This document shows positions 1 to 9,653 of a DNA stretch of 64,000 nt, in pieces. Numbering within the stretch: position 1 is the stretch's first letter; each line of letters opens with the position of its first letter. The notes beneath the pieces are model-generated. The model was not told where the DNA came from and did not search any database. It saw only the letters and a program-made list of their open reading frames with translations. Origin of the DNA: a candidate division FCPU426 bacterium (GTDB taxonomy: Bacteria > Oederibacteriota > Muellerivitia > Muellerivitales > Muellerivitaceae); assembly GCA_963847625.1 (NCBI GenBank), contig CAWKAR010000024.1, positions 1-64,000 on the forward strand, given 5' to 3'. A program made the translations under genes and the position numbers.

Positions 1-258
1 GACCTGTACCCGATGGAAAAGATTTCCCGCAATATCACCCTCCGGCTTCTTTACACCAATCCGACGGTGGGGCAGAAGTGGGAAAGCCAGATACCCCGGC
101 GCAGGGTCAAGATTTGGACGCAGGACGCCACGGTCATGGAAACCTGGAAAGACCCCAAGATATTCCTGCCGGACCAGCCGATGGAAAAGCAGGATAAGTT
201 TTTTCATTGGCTGAAGGACAACGTGGATTTCGGCGTGAGGATGAAACGGGTGGATTAA
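1..258 (+). CDS. Hypothetical protein, C-terminal fragment (5' end outside window)
   Basis: Frame is open from base 1 to TAA at 258 and followed by a terminator-like hairpin; no family recognised. Confidence 0.6.
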   Translation, partial: DLYPMEKISRNITLRLLYTNPTVGQKWESQIPRRRVKIWTQDATVMETWKDPKIFLPDQPMEKQDKFFHWLKDNVDFGVRMKRVD

Positions 259-276
259 ACCCCATCTTTATGTATG

Positions 277-321
277 AGCCGCGGCCACCCGGGTCAATCC
301 AGGTTGAGTGCGCGGCTTTTT
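277..321 (+). terminator. Rho-independent terminator
   Basis: GAGCCGCG...CGCGGCTT stem followed by a T-run just after the stop at 258. Confidence 0.6.
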
Positions 322-466
322 ATTAAAATGGACTAAAAGATAAAACGCTGTTTTCGCGCGAAGGGTTTGTTAAAAGTGACATTTTCCAAAGCGGGGAATA
401 TAATTTCGCCGGGACCGGGTGGTCCAATCGATGAAATTAACCCAAAACCTTCCCCCATGGATCTTC

Positions 467-1321
467 ATGAAATACAAAAAACTCCTCTTGGCCCTATTCC
501 TATCCGCCTCTCCCGTTTGGCCCGAGAGCCAACTTCTCCTCACTCCGGGACCTGGAAAGGTCCTTGAAAGCCCCGTCCCCAGCGATAAAAGTGTAATCAT
601 TAAACCGCCAAAAATAGCCCTGCCGGAATGGAAAAGCACCTCCCCTTCCGCTTTTCCTGGGAAAAATTCCAGCGCTCCACCCCTTGTTGTTCCAACCGTC
701 ATCACGACCCGTGCCACCAAGAAAGAAAGAGCGGCTAAAGAACCGGGAATCACCCAAGAAGATTATTTCCCCATGGCTCCAGGTTCGAAGGTGACTTATG
801 AGTATTTAGCGCCGACTCCCGGGGAAAGAATCAAGAAAACCCGACTTGTGGAATGCCTGGAATGCCGGCGGATGGGGGGCCAGGCTGTCCTGGGGAAATA
901 TAACATCATCGAAGGGCTTTCTAAGGTGCCGCAAAAAATCATCCTTTACGCCACAAAGGCGGCGCAAACCTCAAACGAAAAAAAGAAAAAAGCGGAAGCT
1001 TGTTTCATCAAGCTGCCTAAAAAAGGCCACTGGACCCGATGGAAAAATAAAATGAAGGGTGGAATCTTACAATCCTGCAAAGCCATATTTGGAAAAACAA
1101 AAATCGGCCGTCGAAATTACCCCGATTGTGTCTTGGTTGTGGAAAAAGATTATAAAAAAGGAAAGTTAATCTCAACCGTTCGCCGTTATTACGCCAAGGG
1201 AATTGGATTGATCCTCAGCGGGTTCTACGATCCCAATGGCAAATTGATCCGTTCCAAGTCCTATGCTTACATCAAAACGGAGGGAATCGGGAAATCAGCC
1301 CCTCTTTTTCGGAACCCCTAG
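467..1321 (+). CDS. Hypothetical exported, Lys-rich protein
   Basis: MKYKKLLLALFLSASPVW signal-peptide-like start, Pro-rich linker, C-terminal domain ending ...YYAKGIGLI; start chosen at ATG 467. Confidence 0.65.
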   Translation: MKYKKLLLALFLSASPVWPESQLLLTPGPGKVLESPVPSDKSVIIKPPKIALPEWKSTSPSAFPGKNSSAPPLVVPTVITTRATKKERAAKEPGITQEDYFPMAPGSKVTYEYLAPTPGERIKKTRLVECLECRRMGGQAVLGKYNIIEGLSKVPQKIILYATKAAQTSNEKKKKAEACFIKLPKKGHWTRWKNKMKGGILQSCKAIFGKTKIGRRNYPDCVLVVEKDYKKGKLISTVRRYYAKGIGLILSGFYDPNGKLIRSKSYAYIKTEGIGKSAPLFRNP

Positions 1322-1635
1322 ACCCGCAAATGCGGATGGAGTTTAAAAAGGGTTTCTTACCTGAAGAAACCACTACTGTTGGTATTTCAAGAATTATTGG
1401 TGAATCCAATGTCCGGTGGTTGAGATTTTACAGTTTCTATGAGTATTATGCTTACCTTGACGCTACCAAATTGAGGCATATTCCCTTGTTTTGATGGAGC
1501 TTTCTTACTATTAGTTTATTGAATCATGATGGACAGACCTTTCCGTTCTGAAAGACTTATTGGCGAAAGACAAGAGAGGTTTTAGGGAAAGACCCAATTC
1601 GCGTCATGTGTTTTAAAAAAGGGGAGGATGTTTAA

Positions 1636-3462
1636 GTGGACAATGAAATAGTTGCCGGTATTGGCGGCGCGGCTGGTGACGGAGGTGCCTCCACGGCGGA
1701 TAACCTGGCCCTGGCCTGTGCCCGCCAGGGGCTTCATGTTTATGTTTATACCAGCTATCAATCCCTCATCCGGGGCGGCCATTCCTGGGTGCGCCTTCGT
1801 ATTTCCCCCCGAAAACCTTTCAACATGGGCGACCAAGTCCAATGCATGATCGCCTTGAACCAGGACGCCATGGACCGCCATCTGCAGGAGCTTAAATCGG
1901 GAGGACTTTGCGTTTACAACAGCGATAAGGTCAAGCCCGGGAAAGTACCCCCAGGGGTGCAGCTTTGTCCCCTTCCAGTCTTCGAGTTGGTCGGCAGGGA
2001 TGCCCTTCCCATCATGCAAAACACCGCGGCATTGGGTGCCTTGACCCGCCTGATCGGCCTGGATTTTGAAGCCCTCTCCTCGGTTTTCGAGTACACCTTT
2101 AAGAAAAAACCGCAAGTGGTCAAGGCCAACGTGGACGCGGCCCGGGAGGGTTATGATTTCGCGGGCAAGACCTACAAAGCCGTTTCCAATCCCTTGGCCC
2201 GTACCGATGCAAAGCTGGCCATGGTGGGCGGAAACAACATCATCGCCATGGGCGCGGTCAACGCCGGCTGCAAGTTTTATTGCGCATATCCCATGAGCCC
2301 GGCTACCGGAATCCTGCATTGGATGGGAGCCCATGGAAAAGACGTGGGTGTCTGCGTCCGGCAGGTGGAAGACGAGATCGGCGTGGCCAATATGGCCATC
2401 GGCGCGGGACACATGGGCGTACGGGCCATGTGCGCCACTTCTGGGGGTGGATTCGCCCTCATGACCGAGGCACTTGGCCTGGCGGGAATAACGGAAACCC
2501 CCGTCGTCATGGTCAATGTCATGCGGGGTGGTCCCTCCACCGGCCTTCCCACCAAGCAGGAACAGGGGGACCTGACCCAAGCCGTCGGGGCCTCCCAAGG
2601 CGATTTTCCCCGAATCATTATCGCACCCACCTCGATCGCGGACTGCTATACCACCATGGAGGAAGCCTTCAACTTGGCCGAAAAATACCAGTGCCCCGTG
2701 GTGATCCTGTCCGACCTGCTGATGAGCGAGGGGCACATGACCCTGGAAACCTCTTTCCTCGACCGGGAATTCAAAATCGACCGAGGCGAAATGATTTTCC
2801 AGGACGACGGAAAACCCAAGACCTACCTTCGATACCAGGATACACCCTCGGGGATATCCCCACGGGCCATTCCTGGCCTTCCCAACCACTTGTACGTGGC
2901 GGCCTCCGACGAGCATGACGAGGACGGCGTCCTGATTTCGGATGTTTACACCAATCCCCTCATCCGCAAGAAGATGGTGGACAAAAGGACCCGCAAAATG
3001 GAGGGAGTCACTCAGGATTACGCAGTTCCCTTGAAACTGGAAGGACCCCAGGAGGCGGACATCACCCTGGTGACTTTTGGCTCCACTTGGGGCGTGGCCA
3101 CGGAGGCGGTTGAAAGGTTGAACGGGGAAGGAATCAAAACCAATCTCCTGACTTTCAAATACATGATTCCGTTCCAAGTCCGGGAGGCCAGGGAAATTTT
3201 GGGAAAAGCCAGGAAAATATGCGTAGTGGAAATGAACAAAAGCGGGCAGTTTTCGAGGCACTTGAGGGCGGAGACCGGAATCGTAGCTCACGCGGACATC
3301 CGCAAATACGATGGGGAGCCTTTCGAACCCAAGCACGTGGTGGAAGCCGTGAAGGAAGTGTTGAAAGGGAAGAACCTGGTTGAAGTCCAGTCCATCGAGC
3401 CGGGGTGGCAATCGCCTCACCCTCCGGGGCCTGGGGTGCTGACCACCACTTCTGTCCATTAA
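1636..3462 (+). CDS. korA: 2-oxoacid:ferredoxin oxidoreductase alpha subunit (gamma-alpha fusion)
   Basis: IGGAAGDG, RGGHS, AYPMSPAT, EDEIG, ATSGGGFALM, MRGGPSTGLPT and VEMN motifs; GGAGG RBS; substrate specificity not determinable. Confidence 0.93.
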   Translation: MDNEIVAGIGGAAGDGGASTADNLALACARQGLHVYVYTSYQSLIRGGHSWVRLRISPRKPFNMGDQVQCMIALNQDAMDRHLQELKSGGLCVYNSDKVKPGKVPPGVQLCPLPVFELVGRDALPIMQNTAALGALTRLIGLDFEALSSVFEYTFKKKPQVVKANVDAAREGYDFAGKTYKAVSNPLARTDAKLAMVGGNNIIAMGAVNAGCKFYCAYPMSPATGILHWMGAHGKDVGVCVRQVEDEIGVANMAIGAGHMGVRAMCATSGGGFALMTEALGLAGITETPVVMVNVMRGGPSTGLPTKQEQGDLTQAVGASQGDFPRIIIAPTSIADCYTTMEEAFNLAEKYQCPVVILSDLLMSEGHMTLETSFLDREFKIDRGEMIFQDDGKPKTYLRYQDTPSGISPRAIPGLPNHLYVAASDEHDEDGVLISDVYTNPLIRKKMVDKRTRKMEGVTQDYAVPLKLEGPQEADITLVTFGSTWGVATEAVERLNGEGIKTNLLTFKYMIPFQVREAREILGKARKICVVEMNKSGQFSRHLRAETGIVAHADIRKYDGEPFEPKHVVEAVKEVLKGKNLVEVQSIEPGWQSPHPPGPGVLTTTSVH

Positions 3463-3517
3463 GCGCTCTAAAGCCGCTTCCGAGCGGCATATTGTGAACT
3501 TTATTGAGGAGCAATTC

Positions 3518-4414
3518 ATGCCGAACTTAACCGAGCCGATAGCCCGGGAAGCTAAACATTACAAACCGGAAATCCCGCCCGATTGGTGCCCGGGGTGCGG
3601 GGATTACGGCGTCCTAAGCGTCCTGCAGAAGGCGGTGGCCGAGTTGGGGATTCCTAATGAACGGATCATGATCGTCTCGGGAATCGGCTGCTCTTCCAAC
3701 CTTCCCGGATTTTTCAAAGCCTACGGAATGCATTCCCTGCACGGCCGGGCCCTTCCGGTGGCAACCGGTTGTAAACAGGCCAACCATGAGATGACGGTGA
3801 TCGCTTGTGGGGGGGACGGTGACGGCTACGGCATCGGCCAGGGCCATTTCGTGCATTCCATCCGCCGCAACATCAACTTGACCTACATCGTCATGGATAA
3901 CGAAATCTACGGACTTACTACCGGACAGGCTTCCCCCACTTCCGAAACGGGCATGAAGACCAAATCCACCCCCTTCGGAAATCCCGAGGGCCAGTTGAAC
4001 CCCATAGTCATGTCCCTGGCGGCGGGTTGTGGTTTCGTGGCCAGGGGCTTCTCGGGCGACATCAACCATCTGAAAAGTCTTTACATCCAAGCCATCCAAT
4101 ATCCTGGATTCGCCCATATCGACGTGTTTTCACCCTGTGTGACCTTCAATAAGCAGAATACTTTCGGGTGGTTCAAGGAACGCGTCTACAAGCTGGAAGA
4201 ATCGGGCCATGACCCAAGCGATTGGAACGCGGCGATGAGCCGGGCTAAGGAGTGGGGGGAGAAAATCCCGATCGGGGTTCTTTACCGGAATCCCAACCCC
4301 CAGCCTTCCATCGACGCGGCGGATCCAGCCCTGCAAGGTGCGGCCCTGGCTCATCAATTAAAGCTCGGCCTTGACCCGGAACAGCGCAAAAAGCTGATTG
4401 AAGAGTATGTGTGA
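3518..4414 (+). CDS. korB: 2-oxoacid:ferredoxin oxidoreductase beta subunit (TPP-binding)
   Basis: WCPGCGD, SGIGCS, HGRALP, GGDGD, DNEIYGLTTGQASPT, SPCVTFN; GAGGAG RBS. Confidence 0.95.
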   Translation: MPNLTEPIAREAKHYKPEIPPDWCPGCGDYGVLSVLQKAVAELGIPNERIMIVSGIGCSSNLPGFFKAYGMHSLHGRALPVATGCKQANHEMTVIACGGDGDGYGIGQGHFVHSIRRNINLTYIVMDNEIYGLTTGQASPTSETGMKTKSTPFGNPEGQLNPIVMSLAAGCGFVARGFSGDINHLKSLYIQAIQYPGFAHIDVFSPCVTFNKQNTFGWFKERVYKLEESGHDPSDWNAAMSRAKEWGEKIPIGVLYRNPNPQPSIDAADPALQGAALAHQLKLGLDPEQRKKLIEEYV

Positions 4415-4684
4415 AGGATACAAGGAAAACAGGGCCGAAGAAGGATTGCCGGCACATGATAAAAGCGATTTTTTAAGTGATGGGTCCTGCCAAAAGATGA
4501 TTTTAACGGAACGGTAAAAAGAAAAAGTCAATTCCATATAAAAACCTTGTGGATTGAAGCGCAAGCCTTAAAAATGACCTTTTCTTTTAGGGGCCTTTTG
4601 CTTAAATTCGGGTCAGGTTGAAGGGATTTAAGGGTCAGTCGTTTATCGATCCAGTCTTAAATGAATGCCTAAAAATGGAGGAAT

Positions 4685-5677
4685 GTGATGCCTGAGGAAG
4701 TATTCGATGTCATCATTATCGGCGCAGGCCCAACCGGTTTGTTCGGGGGTTTTTACGCGGGGCTTCGCGGGATGAAATTCATGCTGATCGATTCCTTGGA
4801 GGCCTTGGGCGGCCAGGTGGCCGCCATGTATCCTGAGAAAGACATCTTCGACGTAGCGGGTTATCCCCGGGTCATGGGCAAACAGTTGGTCAAGGACTTG
4901 GTAGGACAAATGATGCGCTTCAACCCACCCCTCGCCCTGGGGCAGAAAGTGAAAAGCCTCGTCAAACGCTCCGACGGCGTCTTTGAGCTCACTACCGACA
5001 AGGGGCAAAAATACCATTCCAAGACAGTTGTTCTGACGCTGGGAATGGGTTCTTTTACCCCGAAAAAACATCCCAATCCGGAATTATCCCGTTACGAGGG
5101 AAAAGGTGTCCAGTACGGCGTCCTGTCCCTGGAACCCTTCCGCGGAAGAAAAATCCTCATCGTGGGGGGAGGGGACTCAGCCGTGGATTGGGCCCTGATG
5201 CTGGAACCCCTGGCCTCCCAAGTCACCCTCATCCACCGTCGCGACGAGTTCCGGGCCCATGAATCCTCTGTCAACAAACTCCACGCCTCCAAAGTCGACG
5301 TCAAACTCTGGCACGAGCTGAGAACCGTCCATGGAAACGGGAAAGTGGAAGAGGCGGTCATATACGAGAACCACACCAAAAAGGAAGAAACCCTCCCCGT
5401 GGATTTTGTAGTCATGAATTTCGGTTTCCAGGCCAGCCTTTCCTTCCTCAAGGATTGGGGGTTGACCCTTGAGAAAAACAAGATACCCGTGAATCAGCGA
5501 ATGGAGACGAACATTCCGGGCATCTATGCCGCCGGGGATATCGTTACACACTCCGGGAAACTGGATCTTATCGCAACAGGTTTCGCCGAGGGCGCTACGG
5601 CCGTCAACTTCGCCAAGAACTTCATCAACCCGAACGACAAGGCCGAACCCGGACACAGCTCCAATTTAAAATGGTGA
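4685..5677 (+). CDS. Ferredoxin-NADP+ reductase, TrxB-like (YumC type)
   Basis: GAGPTG, LGGQ..MYPEK, GGGDSAVDWA, IHRRDEFRAH, AAGDI; lacks the CxxC of true thioredoxin reductase. Confidence 0.88.
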   Translation: MMPEEVFDVIIIGAGPTGLFGGFYAGLRGMKFMLIDSLEALGGQVAAMYPEKDIFDVAGYPRVMGKQLVKDLVGQMMRFNPPLALGQKVKSLVKRSDGVFELTTDKGQKYHSKTVVLTLGMGSFTPKKHPNPELSRYEGKGVQYGVLSLEPFRGRKILIVGGGDSAVDWALMLEPLASQVTLIHRRDEFRAHESSVNKLHASKVDVKLWHELRTVHGNGKVEEAVIYENHTKKEETLPVDFVVMNFGFQASLSFLKDWGLTLEKNKIPVNQRMETNIPGIYAAGDIVTHSGKLDLIATGFAEGATAVNFAKNFINPNDKAEPGHSSNLKW

Positions 5678-5896
5678 AAGGCCAGGCGGTCACCCCCTCA
5701 TTTAGCATTTGCAGAATCGAAAACCAAATAGGGGTTCTGGCGTCCAGAATCAAAGGGTGCGAAAGGTTCCGGGGTCAGGATTAGTGGTGGCTGGAGTCCT
5801 TGTAGGTCGGGCTCGGGCTGCTTTCCTATGACGCTCAATTTTATAAAGCTTTTTTTAACAAAGTTGAATCGGAACCAATCCAGCATTCCTGAAAAC

Positions 5897-5935
5897 AAAA
5901 AACACCCAATTGGTTTAAGCCATTGGGTGTTTTTA
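5897..5935. terminator. Bidirectional terminator-like hairpin
   Basis: AAAAACACCCAAT...ATTGGGTGTTTTT with A/T runs on both sides. Confidence 0.55.
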
Positions 5936-5961
5936 ATTAAAAGAAGGGTGAATTCGGCAAT

Positions 5962-6058
5962 AAAAAAGCCGCACGCTCCGGTAATCCGGAGATCAGGGGC
6001 TCACCACGACTGTTCAAATTGGTTAGTGGCCCGTATCTGATGGACTGTGCGGCCATCT
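5962..6058 (-). ncRNA. Candidate structured small RNA (~95 nt), family unknown
   Basis: Closing stem GCCGCAC/GTGCGGC plus T6, inner stems, and a sigma70-like TTGCAA-N16-TAAATA immediately upstream. Confidence 0.45.
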
Positions 6059-6200
6059 CTATATTTAACCCACCTAGGTTCCTTTGCAAGTAAAATCGAT
6101 ATTAGTCCGATCGATTTTTTGCGCATAAAATAGGCCAATAGTCACTTGTGAAACGGGTAAATTTGATACATTCAATCTTGGGCATCACCAAAAATTTATT

Positions 6201-6740
6201 GTGTTGGACCGTCACATGAAACAAAACGATGTAAAGATCAACGTTATTCCGATAAGAGTAAGGCATATTGCCGGTTATAGGCGTTGCTGGGACCGGGTGG
6301 CCAGGGAGATTAAATGGCTTCTGGTCCTGAAGGCTCCCCCTTTAAAAGAAGTCAGGAAAACCGTCCTTCAGAAGATAAAAGGGCGGGAGATCTTCTTTCT
6401 GGCTTTGGATGGGAAAAAGGTCATTGGTTGGTGCAATATCAGGCCCGATATCCGCACCGGTACGGGCCATGTCGGGCTTTTATACATGGGTGTCTTGCGC
6501 GAATACAGGAACAGGGGGATCGGGGCCAAGCTTCTAGAAACCAGTTTGGAGCACGCCGAATGCGTCCGGGGTTTTGAGAGCATTCAACTGGAAGTGTACG
6601 CTTCGAACAAGAGGGCCATTCGGCTGTATCGGAATTTCGGCTTCCAGGTGGATGGACTTCGTAAAAAGGCCAGGAAACACAAGGGAAAATACGAGGACAT
6701 TCTTTTGATGTCGAAGATGCTGGGAAAAGGCAGAATGTGA
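6201..6740 (+). CDS. GNAT family N-acetyltransferase
   Basis: MGVLREYRNRGIGAKLL (motif A) and LEVYASNKRAIRLYRNFGF (motif B). Confidence 0.9.
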   Translation: MLDRHMKQNDVKINVIPIRVRHIAGYRRCWDRVAREIKWLLVLKAPPLKEVRKTVLQKIKGREIFFLALDGKKVIGWCNIRPDIRTGTGHVGLLYMGVLREYRNRGIGAKLLETSLEHAECVRGFESIQLEVYASNKRAIRLYRNFGFQVDGLRKKARKHKGKYEDILLMSKMLGKGRM

Positions 6741-6835
6741 TTAGGAGTGAAAAAAGCCTTCGCAGCTTTTTAAAAAGCCCTCTGACTTAACCAGAAGAAT
6801 TGGGGGCTGGCTTTAGGGCCTAAAACGGCCATCGG

Positions 6836-7792
6836 TTAAGGTTTGTCTTGGGAAGACGGCTTGATGGCTTCCTGGATCAGGAACAAGGTACCCCAAAGCT
6901 TTCCCGTGGGGCCGGTCCCCGAGGAACTGTCCAGCCGGAAGCGCTTGGCAAATCCCTTCCAGTGAATATCCAGGTACTCCCGTTTGAGTTCGCGCCGGTC
7001 CTTTAAGGATTGGGCCATCGTTTCGCCAATTTCCGCCAAAACCGTTTCCTTGTTGAACAAATAAAGATTCACTAGGCTTTTAGGATTCATGTCCAGGACT
7101 TTTCCCACGGTGTTGTTCACAAAAAGGATGAAACCTTGTGGGGAAACGGCAATGGCTCCGATCGGCAATGTATCCAACACGTTTTTAAGGGTGGCGGCGT
7201 ATTCCAGGGACGCCTGGTCGCCTTCCCGGACCTTTTCGCTTAATAATTTAGCCTTTTTGGCCAAATCCATGATTTCCTTTTCTTCTTGCACGGTTCTGAA
7301 GGCCAGGTAGCCGGAATGGATTGAAACGACAAAAAGAAGGCAGCAGGAAATAAGTAACATCGGATCTATAAAGTTCAAGGAGTTGGACTTCAGGAAATTG
7401 AGGTACACATAAAGGCCGATCACGGCGACGCCCACCAAAATACTCCTACCCACGGATTGGCTTAGGGCGGAAATGAAAAAAGTCAGGAATATAATGATGA
7501 GCAGGTTAGTCTCGAAAAGGTCGAAAAGGTAAACCGCCCCCATCAAGAAAACAAAATCCAAGGAAAAGACGATGAATTGATAATGGACCATCTCCCATTT
7601 TTTCTCTCCGATGTAATAAAAGGGAATAAATGTGAACGCGAAAAACAAAACGTAGGACAAAACCAGGCTTTTTTGGTCGGGATGAGCCTGGAGGAATAGA
7701 AAAGCGAAACAGTACAAGGTAATGGCTAAGAGTGAGCGGATCAGGAGGAGATTTTTCTTAACGTGGGGGGTAGCTTGTTGAAGTTCGGTCAT
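6836..7792 (-). CDS. Membrane protein with C-terminal PAS domain (no output domain)
   Basis: Several TM helices, coiled coil, then VLDTLPIGAIAVSPQGFILFVN PAS start; ends after ...GTLFLIQE. Confidence 0.75.
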   Translation of the reverse strand: MTELQQATPHVKKNLLLIRSLLAITLYCFAFLFLQAHPDQKSLVLSYVLFFAFTFIPFYYIGEKKWEMVHYQFIVFSLDFVFLMGAVYLFDLFETNLLIIIFLTFFISALSQSVGRSILVGVAVIGLYVYLNFLKSNSLNFIDPMLLISCCLLFVVSIHSGYLAFRTVQEEKEIMDLAKKAKLLSEKVREGDQASLEYAATLKNVLDTLPIGAIAVSPQGFILFVNNTVGKVLDMNPKSLVNLYLFNKETVLAEIGETMAQSLKDRRELKREYLDIHWKGFAKRFRLDSSSGTGPTGKLWGTLFLIQEAIKPSSQDKP

Positions 7793-8037
7793 GTTAGCCT
7801 TCGGGTTTCTTTGAATGTCATAAACGGGTTTCAGTTGATTTTATTGAGGATCGGGTAAATAAAACACTTTTCATCATAAGGCAGAAAAACGGCTTGTGCA
7901 TAGTCAAAAGATTGTTTATCTATAAGATGTTTGGCGGAATCGACCTGGTTTAAATCATTTGGGCCCCGCAGCGAAATTGATCATTTATATCCGATCCGTT
8001 AAGGAAGGCCCTGGCTCACAGCGTCACCTTATTCCCG

Positions 8038-9378
8038 GTGGCCATCGCCATCGGGGCCATCTCGTTCCTGACTCGCTACAAACCTTTTTGGTTCGTGAGC
8101 ATGGGATTCTGCCTGATCGGTTGGTTTTCTTCATCCAGGGATTCATTTGATAGAGGAAAGAGTGTAAAACAATTTTATCTTTTCGCGTTCAATCGTAACT
8201 ACCAACGAAAGGTGCAGCCTATTTCTTCCTCAAAGAAGCTTCAAGTTATTGATCTAGCCCGGACTTTTTCCATTCTGGCAGTCATGTCCGCGCACATGAA
8301 TGGCATCGCCTTACCTGGCCCCGGATTCCGGCAATTGTGGACCCATATCAGTGGAAATGGAACTTATGGGGTATGTATGTTTTTTGTTATATCCGGTTTT
8401 TTAATTACCCGACTTCTTGACGCTAAAAAAGAAGGGTTTCTTCGGCCGCGATTCAAGGAATTTTATGTCAGGCGCGCGGCAAGAATTATTCCACTGCTGT
8501 TTTTGGCCGTTGGATTGGGAATTTATATCACTTTCTTTCGTTTGGAAAAAACCTATTTATTTTTTTATTGTTTCAGGACGATTGAGATGAAATTTGATTT
8601 TTTATTTTGGTTATCGTTGTGTGCCTTTTTGAACAATTGGTTCCAGGTGTTTTTTTACAATTATCCGGCGCTTCACTGGATCATGCTTTGGTCGTTGTCG
8701 GTGGAAGAGCAGTTTTACATTTTGTACCCGCCTTTTTTAAAAAGACTAGGTAGTGAAAAACGTTTCACCGTTTCAATGATCCTTGTGATTGCTTTTGGCT
8801 TTCTTTGGCGGCTAAGCGTTTATTTGGCGGGCGTGGAAGGGGCGACCTTATCGCTGAAAGCCTCTTTTGGCGCCTTCGATCAAATCGCATTTGGAGCGCT
8901 GCTTTATTTAATCGCCCGGAATTATGGCCACTATCTTACGAACCATATAAGGACCAGCGCGCTTATTTGTGCCGCAGGAGCCCTGATTGTAATAGTGACT
9001 TTTTTAAATACTGCTGTTGCTGACCGGGTAGATCTCATTTATGCGCCAACTTTCATCGCACTGGGTTCTTTTTTCTTCTTATTGGGCGGGCTTCATTTGC
9101 CCTTTTTGGAATCAAAATATTTAACGTTTTTGACTTGGCCGGGGAAATATAGTTATGGAAATTATCTTTTACATGTCTTGGTTTACTACTACCTTTTCCC
9201 GTTTTTGGTCGGTAAACATATTTTTATTGCCTTTTTGATTTTTGTGGTTATTTCTACAACTATCGCTGCGATTTCCTATCAATTCTTTGAAGTGCCCGCC
9301 AATCAATTTATTCGAAAAATCTTTGGTTTGAGAAGTGATATAAAAACAGAGCCTTTAAAAGCGGGAAGAATAGGGTGA
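8038..9378 (+). CDS. Acyltransferase family 3 (OafA-like O-acyltransferase)
   Basis: DLARTFSIL..H, GVCMFFVISGFLI, FYVRRAARIIP, WSLSVEEQFY, GKYSYGNYLLH; AT-rich; true start uncertain. Confidence 0.9.
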   Translation: MAIAIGAISFLTRYKPFWFVSMGFCLIGWFSSSRDSFDRGKSVKQFYLFAFNRNYQRKVQPISSSKKLQVIDLARTFSILAVMSAHMNGIALPGPGFRQLWTHISGNGTYGVCMFFVISGFLITRLLDAKKEGFLRPRFKEFYVRRAARIIPLLFLAVGLGIYITFFRLEKTYLFFYCFRTIEMKFDFLFWLSLCAFLNNWFQVFFYNYPALHWIMLWSLSVEEQFYILYPPFLKRLGSEKRFTVSMILVIAFGFLWRLSVYLAGVEGATLSLKASFGAFDQIAFGALLYLIARNYGHYLTNHIRTSALICAAGALIVIVTFLNTAVADRVDLIYAPTFIALGSFFFLLGGLHLPFLESKYLTFLTWPGKYSYGNYLLHVLVYYYLFPFLVGKHIFIAFLIFVVISTTIAAISYQFFEVPANQFIRKIFGLRSDIKTEPLKAGRIG

Positions 9379-9577
9379 TAAGTGTGGTATTCAAGGGCTC
9401 ATGCCATTTCGCCCCGCGTTCTGAAACCCTTTATCCTGCAATGTATCGAGTCTGGCAAGGATCTACACCATAGCACTGCTTCAGAATGTCGGAGAAAACG
9501 ATTCTGCAACATGGATATCCTTTTTGCGTCAGTCAATAAGATTTTCTAGGTGGCCACTTTGTCCTTTTATATTAAGA

Positions 9578-9606
9578 TTGATTGTCACGGGCAAAATCTT
9601 TAACCT
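9578..9606 (+). promoter_or_regulatory. Putative sigma70 promoter for pilT operon
   Basis: TTGATT-N17-TAACCT about 50 bp upstream of ATG 9654. Confidence 0.35.
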
Positions 9607-9653
9607 TACAATCAGGGCCCTGAAAGTTGTTATCCCACTTTAAAGAATAGACC

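Noticed and set aside
1582..3519. 645-aa antisense ORF over korA (also 43821..45575 over cstA and similar shadows)
   Set aside because: Antisense shadows of high-GC genes with clear family motifs on the other strand
5698..5898. 66-aa minus-strand ORF
   Set aside because: No recognisable motif and it starts right at a terminator hairpin; cannot be supported
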